62,481 nucleotides of DNA from Catajapyx aquilonaris (taxonomy: Eukaryota): the NCBI GenBank assembly GCA_000934665.2, contig KZ538553.1:1-62481 (forward strand). Reading direction: 5' to 3'. The stretch's first letter is position 1. Every line of letters starts with the position of its first letter. The notes beneath the pieces are model-generated. The model ran no database searches, was not told the DNA's origin, and was given only the letters and a program-made list of their open reading frames with translations. The position numbers and the translations under genes are program-made. Below, one piece after another: positions 1 through 10,907 of this stretch.

Positions 1-1238
1 CCAGATAGGGCGTCCAATGAGTCATCGACTCGAGGCAGAGGATACGCATCCAGACGGGTAACCGCATTCACCTTACGGTAATCAACACAGAAACGAGCGC
101 TACCGTCTGGTTTGGACACCAAACATATCGGGCTGCTCCACGGACTATGGCTGGGGCTAATGATCCCATGTTGGGTCATAGCCTCTACTTGTTTCTTGAT
201 GATCTGTTTCTGAGCTGGAGCCACCCTTCGGAACGGTTGTTTGAGGGGCTGACTGTCACCTGTCTTGATGACATGGGGCACCATGGCAGTGCGGCCCAAA
301 TCAAACTGACTCGTACTGAACAGATGTTGGTACTTTTCCAACAAACTCCTTAACTCATTCAGTTCAGTGGGTGGTAAAGCTACTTCTTTCAGCGTTTCCG
401 CTATCCATTCAGGTGAGGGAGTAGGGGTAGGTATAGGAAGGTTCATTTCATCATGAAGGATGTATTCGTTCTCAGTGTAAGGAACTTCAGTGGAAACAGG
501 AGCCAGATATCCTAGGGTGATGGATTCTGGTAGGGATGTGCATTGAGGCAGAAAATTTGCCACTCGAACAGGAACAACATAGCGGTCCTGGGAGCGAGTA
601 GGGGACACTAAACACCTCGCCAACAATACGTGGAATTGGTCCAAATTTGTCCAATTTGGTTCCACAATGCCAGTGTCCACTGCGTGTGGGGATTCACCCA
701 CAAAGCACGAAACAATCGCCTCGCTATGCGGAGGGAGTGTTACGGGTTGACAAAGTGAAAGCTTCACTCTGACCCGGGACGAAGGAGAATCTACCTGCGA
801 TGGGTTTTTGCAGGTTAGTGTATCAGTGTCAAAATACATATGACTACTTGATAACTTAAAGAAATCAATTCCCAGAATGACTTCTTCGATCGGGTCGGCT
901 ACTACCACAAAGTATTGCTGGTACATAGCGCCTTCCAGGGATATGGGAAGCCAAGCTTTCCCGATAGGATAGAGACGTCTGCCATCTCCTACTCGTAACA
1001 CAATAGAACATGGAAGCAAAGGGGGCTTTAGGTCGGAGGGAATCGAGTTCCACACCTTTAGACCAATAATAGAGCAACCAGCCCCACTATCAACCAATGC
1101 TCGGTATTCCTGGCCATACAGGGAGACCTTTGCAGTTGTGGCAGAGAGGACAGACACAGGAGGCTCAGGGATTTCGGTTTCAGAGGTGTTGTTTTGGGCC
1201 GGGGTTCGCCTCGTAACTCCGGCCTTTAGTAGTTTCCC
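1..1238 (-). CDS. pol: Retrotransposon Pol (aspartic protease + N-terminal reverse transcriptase), partial, expressed by -1 frameshift from gag
   Basis: My manual translation of the -1 frame is stop-free from 1238 to the window edge. It contains the protease motif YRALVDSGAGCSII (~1070-1110), ILGIDF, and the RT motifs SPSHSPWSSPICLVSKPDGSARFCVDYRKVNAVTRLDAYPLPRVDDSLDAL. It is missing from the ORF track because it runs off the window. Confidence 0.93.
1183..1238 (-). promoter_or_regulatory. Programmed -1 ribosomal frameshift signal (G GGA AAC + downstream stem-loop or pseudoknot)
   Basis: XXXYYYZ heptamer GGGAAAC (1238-1232) in gag phase, a 7-nt spacer, then GGCCGGAGTT...AACCCCGGCC. Pol is open in the -1 frame. 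Confidence 0.85.
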
Positions 1239-2053
1239 GGAAGATCGGGTCTGGTCTTCTCCCACTCTGCGACATCTTTCTGTCGCTTCCAACAGTCCTG
1301 CATAGTGTGCCTTGGTTTCTTACAATACTCGCACACAGCAGTATTCGTATCGCTGTTGGAAGATTGCGAAGGAGCTTTACCTCGACCTCCACGACCTCGG
1401 CCTCGTCCGTGGCTATGGCCACGCCCACGACCTCTAACAAAAGTCTGGGACCGCACAGGTCCTACAGGAACCTCAGTGGACATATTGTCGTAGCCAACGA
1501 AATTCGGCTCATGTGGACGAGAACCCTGTGGTGGGGTGTAGTGACTCGACTGCCATTTGTTTATGCCGTCGGTCAACTTTGCGATACGCAAAACATCATC
1601 AAGAGACGACAAGTCTTGAGACATAATCTGTCGCTGGGTGTCCCGAGGAAGGGACTCAAATAGCCTTCCACAGGCGAGTTGGGAGACTGTTTCTGGAGGA
1701 GCCGTAGGGTGTGATTTTGCGATGGCTTCCTTAAGTCTGAAAACATAGGAGTCCCATCCTTCACCTGGCTTCATGGTTATCAATGAGGCTTCACTCTGTT
1801 GCAATACCTTAGGAGCCACCGGGGTTAGGGATGACTCCAAGGAGGAACATATAGTTGCAAAATCAACCTTTTGTAATGGTGTGAGGAGGCGGTAGGCATG
1901 GAAGGCATTTCCCTCCAGAAAAAGCGGCAGGCGTGCCAATTTCTTCGCCTCGTCCCACTCCATTGCATCCACATAGAGTGAATACATTGCTTTCCACTCT
2001 GGAAATGGAGAAGATCCATCGTACTTCGACAGAGGAGGAATTCCCGACGCCAT
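1226..2053 (-). CDS. gag: Retrotransposon Gag (275 aa from MASGIPP) with RG-rich tract and CCHC zinc knuckle
   Basis: ORF 1226..2137, first ATG at 2053. It has a capsid-like N-terminus (KYDGSSPFPEW...LPLFLEGNA), RGRGRGHSHGRGRGRGGRG, and CEYCKKPRHTMQDC (CX2CX4HX4C), and ends PGNY*. Confidence 0.92.
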   Translation of the reverse strand: MASGIPPLSKYDGSSPFPEWKAMYSLYVDAMEWDEAKKLARLPLFLEGNAFHAYRLLTPLQKVDFATICSSLESSLTPVAPKVLQQSEASLITMKPGEGWDSYVFRLKEAIAKSHPTAPPETVSQLACGRLFESLPRDTQRQIMSQDLSSLDDVLRIAKLTDGINKWQSSHYTPPQGSRPHEPNFVGYDNMSTEVPVGPVRSQTFVRGRGRGHSHGRGRGRGGRGKAPSQSSNSDTNTAVCEYCKKPRHTMQDCWKRQKDVAEWEKTRPDLPGNY

Positions 2054-2457
2054 CTCGACCAACAAACCTCTTACGAGCAGACCAACAACCAACGAGAACA
2101 ACCACCAACCACAGTAGGGGAGTGTCACACGTTTCACACGTAGGGAAACGCACCCCGGACCCTTTTACCTTTATACACACCACAAAAATACCACAATAGT
2201 ACCGTACCACAATAGGAAACACTCTTAAATCTATACTCGTAGACCTAAGAAACCCAAAAGTATACACACCAAATTAATACCACAATGGGACTGAAACCCA
2301 ACTCAGTGTATTCGTACGAATACGACACACTACTCGTAACCTTCGAAAAGGAAACGATGGACACACCGTAAACACACTCGTATACGTACTCGTAACACGA
2401 GATACGTTTCAAAACCAGTACTGTCTGAATACCTTCTGGGACCCACGAAGGAGACCA

Positions 2458-2477
2458 GAATCCCACTTCTGACACCA
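2458..2477 (-). promoter_or_regulatory. Primer-binding site complementary to the tRNA-Leu 3' end
   Basis: Minus strand TGGTGTCAGAAGTGGGATTC, 4 nt from the LTR. The plus strand GAATCCCACTTCTGACACCA matches the 3' end plus CCA of metazoan tRNA-Leu as I recall it. Confidence 0.85.
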
Positions 2478-2481
2478 CGTA

Positions 2482-2813
2482 TGTGACCTGAGCGGCTGGG
2501 TACATACACAAAACCAAAGACAGTGGGTTCAGTTTAAGTCAGACAGTTTATTCCGTTCAAAATGTCACCAAGTGATATGAGGGAAAAAGGATAGCTAGGT
2601 AGTGGAGGGTGGTAGGGAGTGACCAGTCATCCAGGATACTCTCCTAGCGAATGGCCAAGAGGCCCCTGCGTTGTGCGCTTAAGTAGTGGTGCACCCCCAA
2701 TGCGAGATGGGAGCAGCAGACAGGTGACGTCACTTGACCAGTCGGGGTGTAAGTACATGTGAGCACAAAATAATGGGACCATGTACAGACATGTCCAAAA
2801 TAAAATGGTCACA
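2482..2813 (-). repeat. 5' LTR (332 bp)
   Basis: Bounded by the 7-bp inverted repeats TGTGACC (2482) and GGTCACA (2813), with a minus-strand AATAAA at 2547-2552 and an adjacent PBS. The second LTR is outside the window. Confidence 0.85.
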
Positions 2814-5800
2814 CTCCCTTTACATTATAGTTGGTGCTCGTAACAATTGACGCAGCTTCAGTGGCATCCGGTATTACTTTCTGGCCGCACCACCTCGGAG
2901 TCATCATCATTCTGACTCCCAAGTGTCCATTGGAGGTTGCTGTGGATCTAGTGGGGGCCGTTTCCTCCCTACCCTTGCTCCTCACGGTAGAAATCGCCGT
3001 TTCCTCGTGAGATGGAGTGCCTTTACTCCTTCTAAGTAGCCCATCGGAGTGTTTCTCCTAGAAACCTGCAGAGCAAACGGCCCAAAGTGACCACTCAATT
3101 TTTTTTTGTCTGCCCTCTTTTTTTTATATTTACTGCCCCTCTCATTAAACCTTTCGAGATCTGCACTCAAGAAAGTGGGTAGGAGAATAAGAAAAAAAGT
3201 GGGTCGAAATGAAGCTATTTACATTCCGAGTGGAGCGATAATGCTCCAAGTTTTTTGGTGCTTATAATAACTGAGTGGAGGTCCTAACTTACAGTCGGTT
3301 CCCATTACAGGAGCAATAAATACATCAGACCATTACAGTTATAGCGGACGGAAATGTAACTGCACTATATTGATTCTGATTGACCTCCTTTTTTTATATT
3401 TCTTTTTTGCCATGTTCAACTGTCTATGGAATATCCTGGAGGAAACTTTTTTACTCGTTGCGCAGAATACGTGGGCAGGTTAGAAATTGCCTCATGTATA
3501 GCCAAACGGTACATCTACAGGGAATTTATGAAGGCTTCGTTAAGCCTCTTATTGACCAAAGATTTTTGGAGGGGGGAGGGGGGAGGTAGGGTTACAGGAA
3601 CACCCAACAGGCGATTTTTTTATTTTATTTTCACGTTATTTTTATTTTCTCTTCACGGTTGCTTGCACAATAACGGCAGATTCTGGAGCCGTGATCAGAA
3701 TATTTCAACTTCCACAGTTTTCGTGGGGGAATAGTATATCGAGCTTTTCCGTTATGAGATTATTACTGTTATTTCACGTGAGGTTGGCGCAAGGCCTTTT
3801 TCAGGTATTATAAATAAATAATATGTGCACTTGCCACCTGTCGAATCTGCCGTATTGCATCCTTTTTGCCTTATTACAGTTTCAGGCTTGGGCCTCAGTT
3901 GCGGAGCAATGCTTTTACCGACAGTTGTTTTTTGTATACTTCAAGTAATATTTGTAATTTGTGGTCGTTCAAGAAGGATGCTGCAGTTATTATTTCACTT
4001 AATGCGATGACAACGTTATGCACTTCGACATCATGTGCCGATTTTCATGACACGCAATGCACCTCAGGCTAGCCATTCGGGAAATGCGGATTAAAATAAT
4101 CGCATGTACTACTGGGTATGGATGTTGCAAAAATATCAAACTGAAATTAACTACTCACTTGCATCATGAGTTCGGCATATTGCTGATTAACCGATTTTTC
4201 CATTTAATTACATCTGGAAACCAAACACGGTTAATTGTCATGGCCCTTTCAACTATGTACATAAAAGAGATAATATGTATGAACTTTCCACAAAGGTAAT
4301 AGCATGCATTTATGTAGTGAAACACATGGATTTTTTTTATGTAGCTTGCTTAAATATTATCGTTGTATTTCCATCTGTGGGCTCCGTAGCATCCTCAAAT
4401 GAAATGTTGTTTGACTTGTACTGTACATATCAATGATGTTAGAGGCACGATGTTACAATATAACCCCTCTTCGCCAGAAATGTGTAATATGGAAGACCCA
4501 AATATTTTCTCTTCCTTTGTGCACTGCAGTGTAGAATGAAAATGCCCGGAAAATGACAATAACCTTCTACAAACATAATATTATTGCAATGCATATATTT
4601 CTACAGCAGAGTAAACAGTTTGAAAAGCACACTGTACAGTGTACAATATCTCAAGTCTGTAGCCTTATGATCTTTACTGTGCAAGGGTATCGGCGAGGAA
4701 AGTACATTGAGAAGGGGTGAGAGTAATTTCAGTGCAGGATTAATATGCACAAGTGGACTGTTATTCCGAGCTAGTTGTGTAATCGGATTTACATACTCAC
4801 CAGTCGCCTAATAAATCAATAGAGAGAATAATTACCGCACAGAAGCGAGTGACAATCGTCTGATTAAAAATAGAATTAAATGTTGCCGAATGAACGGAAA
4901 ATGAATTATTGATGCACTGTATTGGTCCTGCACGCGCTAAAAAGCTAACTGGAAATTGTGTGTTGCACAAATTTTGCTAATTTTAGTTCCGAGAAAATTG
5001 AATTACTAACGACTTCATGGAACCAAGGCTTTGATTGATATTAGTATTATAGTTGGTGCTCTCTCGCTTATGGCTTGTTTAGAGAAATTATTGGAGCCTT
5101 AGCTTAGGGGTATCATGTGTCATGTCATATGGCAGCATATGAGCATGGTCTCACTAGAATATACAGTGCAATGTGAGCCAATATTTTCTGCCATTATATG
5201 GACGTGGTATGATATGAAGGTACAGCATGTTCACTTGTCATTACTCTTTTCTAACGGTTATGACATTAAGATCACTTTTAGTTTGAAATCACGAGTCATG
5301 CATACACATCATAAAACCACCATTACACTCTCCATCCATAGAATGATACACTTCTCCTAGGCTTCTAAATTGAAGGTTCAAGACTCTTGCTGTGGGTCGT
5401 AAAAGTTAATTACAGAAGTGGGGCCATTAAAGTAGCTTATCTGATGGTAGTTACTCAGCACTGCCTTCATGTTCCATTCCAATTTTTCAAATTAGTTTTT
5501 TTTTTGTTTCCGAAAAAAAGGTGGGAATTTTATGGAGGGAAAAGTTGGAGCCGAGCCGACCAGGAGATTAACTGACTGTGCTTGTCTTTTCCAATGCAGA
5601 TCGCAACAGCTTGCTATACGCGCATTTAAATGGAAATTGCACACTTAAAACTCATTTTGCAGCCGTCATACAGGATGTGCAGGGGAAAAAGGAGAGAGGC
5701 CGCTTTCGGATGTTAATGGCACCTTTTACACTCGTCGTAACCTGGAATATTTCGGAAAATTTCACCATAGCAATGATTCTGCAGGCTGTCACAGGGAAAA

Positions 5801-8800
5801 GGCCCTGCCTGGCCAAGTAATTTCTTTTTTCGGCGGTATGACTGATTTGCACTGAGGGTTAGCATAAAGGAACCTACTTGGAAAGCCACATTTGACTGCG
5901 TTTCAGGCGAGACATTGATGTCTGACAGAAAAAAAGGAGGTTGGAAGACTGTAGAAAGGTGGATTTTTCGTCGCATCTGCTCAGACTTTCAAAGTCTTCT
6001 CTCTCTCTCTCTTTCTCTCGCGCGGTTTTTTCCTTCCTGAGCGAGAATAGTTTCGGGATGCCAGACGAGAGCGAAAAAGAAGGGCTTTTCTACCAGACTG
6101 CACGAGAGCACCCTGAGGTGAGCTTTTTTGAAATGGGAGGCAAAAAAAAAATACTCTGGGAGGATAGGAGCATCCCATGTGACTCTCACGCTCTCCCTCC
6201 AGGTGCAACCTCCAATGTTGGAAGGTTTCTCGGAGGGTACTCTGGGAGTTGTTCTCAGTATTGAAGCTCAAGCCGCAAGAGAGTGTGAGCATCGAGGGGG
6301 AGGAACTCGACGCATAAGTGCAGAATCTTGAAAATTTTTGGCTCACCCAACTTGACTTTGCAGGGTTTGAAAATTTCCCTAAATTTACCCTATACCTGTA
6401 AACAATCATTCCACCACTTTTCAGCACCAAAACGGGTTTAAAAGTCGCTTTCAAAATGGCGGGGGAAAGGGGGCGTGGCCTAAAAAGCGCATTCTCACTC
6501 CTGCCCAACCGCAGTGACGTCAGGAGACTGGCAATAAGATACCGTATAATTAATGTTAGATCGATCGTAGGTCGAAAACTAATACGTATTTCTTCAAAGA
6601 AAAAAACACGAAAATCGTTTTAAAAATTAGGACGATATTTTACATGGGTTTGCTTAAATTAGGTTGTGGTGGGGATTTTGATTACACAGATATTGTTGAC
6701 TCAATTTTTGTCTCCGTTTATTTTAGTCTTATTTGAGATCTGGCACGTTTTTCCAGACAGTAGAGGTGCAAAGGCTGGCCAAATTTTCCTTTTTGACATG
6801 AAGTGTTTTTCGCGCGTTTTGTTCCCCCGGACCTACCCTGGAGAGCCGTTCAAAGAGCGTGAAGCAATATCTGCGAAATTGACACTCTTTTACACTCCGG
6901 GGGTGGGTGGGATGGCACATTTCCCTAGATGGCAGCAGCGAATGAAAAGGCAGAAGCTGTAGCAATCCACTCGAAAATAGCCGTTTTGAGAAGCGGGGCG
7001 TTTGCATTGGCCTTGTGAAACTGTGCACATCGAAGCGACGTCGTCGGGGCCAATTTTCCCTCAGCCGGCTGCAGATGGCAGCTGCCCATTGTTCTTGTTT
7101 CCCCGGATAAATGAATCCGGCCTCGGGTTTCCTTTTGTGCCGCACCCGTACAAGTGACGTCTGCCAAAGGTCTATCGCGGTCCGCCATTGTCAAACCCTT
7201 TGACTTCCTGCAAAGTTTTGCTTAGTGCGGGAACCCCTGGCACATTTTGCGGTTGCGACGCTGCTGTTATATATGTGTGTGTGTGCGATTGTACGATGGG
7301 GTTGAGGGGAGTGGGAGGCAACAATTTTAAACTGTCGTGTGACAGTGGTAACCCGGATGTTACGGGCCGTTTAGCTGGCTCACGAAGCACATTTCCTGGG
7401 GGAGCGAGTCCGATTCGGACCAGGTTTTTGTGCGCGGCTGAAATACTGTAGTTGTCTGGATGAGATCGAATCAGCGAAATTGTCCTGCAGGGCTGGTTCT
7501 AACGAGATCGGGGATGATTTTGGCGACAGGCTTGTTATTGTGACGGTTACTTAAACGAAGGACGCCGCCATCCATTTTCTATCCGATGCTCGTTGTAGAT
7601 GGCAATAGACCTCGTCTACATTGTTATGTTTAGTGTCTGAAATGCACTTGAAAAAAGTCCAACCCCGGTATAGTATCAACTCGCAGATAAATTCTGTGAT
7701 CATGTATTGTGCATATACCCAACATTCCAAAATTAAAATTGCGACAGCTGTATAAGATCCCAAATCTTGCCACAGGGTCGTTACAGCTTGTTTTTTAATG
7801 GCTCCGAGAGCGTTATGATAAAGCGGGCGCAGTTAATTACTTGTAAGATAGTCTGCGACTGGGCTGAGAGTAATCATTTCGGTTCTCTGGATCCCTTGTG
7901 TAGCAAGGAATGAATTTTCCATTGTGTATCAGAAAGGCAACCGAAGCGCGAGAGACTTTGCGAGCGTCGCCGTTGCGTGAAGACGAAAATCCGTGCCCGT
8001 TGCTTTTCTCCGGGATATATACAGAGGAAACCCGGGCAGACCTTTCCCTGACTTTAATATTTATCGGGGGGAGCCAGTGTTGACAGTCTCTTGTTTGTAA
8101 GATTGGCGCACTGAAGGCTTTCATCATTGTGTGTGGGACTAGGAGGAGGATGGGAAGGCAACTGGGGCAATCCAGCAAAGCAACGCTCTGTCAAAGCTGG
8201 TTTTCCGGGGTTATTCCGGCGCGTAATTTGTCATTTCGCTGCACACTATTAGGTCCAGCAAAGGCATTTCCGCTAGAGCGATGCCCAAGGAGCTGGCTAG
8301 TCCTGGGGGGTCGCTTCCGCTGGCCGGAGTTGCACAACAATGTTGTGGAGTTGACACAATCAAAGATGCTTTACAGTTTCTCCTCACGGCTGCTGGGAAG
8401 TGTCAGACATTTTATTTTTGGAAGCTGGTTGGCTCACTGATGATCACAGCGGGATTTTCCTCTCCAGTTGTCTCTGGTGCGATTTTCTTCACATACATAT
8501 AGAGAACATTTCTTCGGCAGTAATATCGGATCTAATGTGTACATTTCAGTGCCCTAGTTTTGTCAAACTGGGCCATTTCAGCTCAGTGCTCAAAGTTTCG
8601 CGGCAGCTCTGTAGTCTATAGAAAATCCAACTTATTAATTCATGCATCTGCGTAGTAGCTGATTATGAAGTTTCAAGTCGACTGCGAAGAGTTATAGTCG
8701 CTGCACAATGTCATAAAGCTTTGATGTGCATTGCAAATGTTATCCCCTAGAGGCGAGGGTTTCAAGTTTATTTAGTCATAACTACGGGGGACGAACATCT

Positions 8801-10851
8801 TTCTAATTGCCAGCACTTGTATCACAGTGACGCAGAAGAGAAACGCTTTGATAACTGTTTTAACGCCCTGCGATTTAAATTCCTCATCGGACCGCAAAGC
8901 ACAGTGCGATATTCGAATTTGATTTCATAACCTCGTCCCTGCTATTCGCCTTTTATTATCGGTGGAAGGTCGCTATTGCCAGACTTGCATGCAAATTGGC
9001 AGCTAGCACTGCTCTCGACCCATTCTGCACCCAAGTTGGCCAGAAGACCCAGTATGAAAAGTAAGGCCATCGCCAGGGTTGTCTTTGCCACTTGATGGCT
9101 CGTACTGCAGGACTGTAAATTGCGCAGCCTTCGCACTTTCCCTGGGCTCAATTTAGTTTGTTTTTTTTTCATGATGGGGGGTGGGGATGGGAGAAAGTAG
9201 CTCGAAAGTCCCTCCCGAATGCGAATCAGTGTTTCATTAAAGCGAAATGCTCATACAAAGGCTTGCTCTTAGGGAAGATGCTGCACTTTCCATGCACACT
9301 GCGCCGTTGTGGGAGGAAGGCTTGTAATAAGCTAAATTGGACCCACAGATACATGGACCCGGATGAAATTTTTTTACGAGCGCTTCTCTGCGTCTCTCTG
9401 TACATATGAGGGCTGTGTACTCATTATGTCTGCACCAGGGAGATAGCTCATTCCGAGCATGTTCCCTGCTGGAGTGTGTAATGGAAGTCTTTTTGAGCCA
9501 AAATAGTGTTCGTCGAAATAGAGTTCGCGTTGGGTTCTTTTTCACTGCGGAAGAACGACGAAAAGGCGGAGTTCAGACCTGTATTTGTGATACAAGTTCG
9601 CCTTCTAAAGCCTTGCATGCTGTTGAGAAAGATTTGCTGGGAATGTGTGTGATACCTAGAATAGCAAAATAAGCTCATAGGTCGTGTTCACTGAAAATAA
9701 TTTCCGAGCTGTAGTTAGACTTATAATAATTAATAAATCTACTAATTATGTGTTGATGCAATGTTTTCATGTATACTAATATCTAAAGGGTGGTAGGGGT
9801 AGGTAGTGTTCGTTAATGATGTGATTGTCAATATTAACATACATGTAATGGTATTATTTTGTGAAATTTGCTGTTTTGCTGATTCACGCACTAATGAATT
9901 TCACTGGAATATACCAACAATTAATTTACACGCATATAGGTTTATGCAGCTCATAGCGCCGTTAATGACGTCGAGAGCCAGGTATAGCCCAGTAATATGT
10001 CAATTTTGCTTTCAAATATTGCATAGAAACTCCACAATGGCCCTGTACTTCACACCTGACCATATTACTCAGGAAGTGGCTCTGTGCAACACCAGTTAAT
10101 TTGGTTGTGAATAGCAAATTTTGCCAAATATGCATAATTACAATATTCAAGCATGTTTCACTTATAGTCTGCCATGATTTTTTTTAAACCTCCTGCCCGC
10201 CTGCAGTTTTTTTTTTAGATATTTCCTTGCTCTGTGCCCACGCCCACCGAAGTGCTCTGTGCAATGCAGAACTTCTGACTTTTGGACCAGTTATGTTTAG
10301 TTATTAACGAGGAAGGCTAATAAAAGAAAGAAGAGGAAGCTCTTCTCGTATTGTTGTATACTCTGCAAAAGTCACTTAAGCAGGATGGAGTCTCTCTGAG
10401 TCTATTTGCGTAAGTGCCCTGACTGAAAAAATAAAGTAACGGCATGTGTTTAGGGCATCTCTATTTGTACAGCCCCATTCACGTACTGTAAATACACTGC
10501 ACACTTTGGACCATGTCAGTGCTGTGCTATACGAGAAGCAAAGTTCCGGTTCTCCTATATGCTTTACATCTCTGTCGTGTTTTTTCCCCGTCTATACACT
10601 CACTGGAATTAAGCCTACCAATGCAATATTAGGATGTTAATAAGAAAAGCCCTCTACAGAAGTGTATTTAAATGGAATGTGCAATCGGCTGCTTCCGGAG
10701 ATGTGCAACTTCAAAGAGTTAACAGCGACTATACGGCGAATAAAGGCGGAAATCTAGCCCTTGGGGAGATGGGTTCAAGATTGCATCTGGCTAAAGAACC
10801 TCCGGACTTTGATCGGTAGCCTGGAATCAAAGTGTCGTTGTAAACAAAAAA

Positions 10852-10907
10852 AGAGAGAGAGAGAGAGAGAGAGGCAAAATGCAGAGAAGGGCAGAGAGAG
10901 AGAGAGA
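10852..10907. repeat. Interrupted (GA)n microsatellite
   Basis: Two GA runs visible directly. Confidence 0.8.

Larger units (their letters stand above)
1..2813 (-). mobile_element. Ty3/gypsy-type LTR retrotransposon, 5' part (LTR-PBS-gag-pol), truncated by the window edge
   Basis: On the minus strand, in order: LTR with TG...CA ends, tRNA PBS, gag with CCHC knuckle, aspartic protease, then reverse transcriptase directly. The PR-RT order is gypsy-type, not copia-type. Confidence 0.95.

Noticed and set aside
2054..2137. Hydrophobic 28-aa N-terminal extension of the gag ORF
   Set aside because: It starts at a non-ATG codon in a G/T-rich leader; the ATG at 2053 fits gag better.
2458..2477. tRNA-like sequence ending in CCA
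   Set aside because: Only the last 20 nt match and there is no cloverleaf. It is the retroelement PBS, not a tRNA gene.
2824..5061. 16-nt exact repeat ATTATAGTTGGTGCTC at 2824 and 5046
   Set aside because: One 16-mer match is about what chance gives in 62 kb, and the similarity does not extend.
6300..7800. TE-like sequence texture
   Set aside because: Could not identify termini, a TSD, a coding remnant or a second copy.
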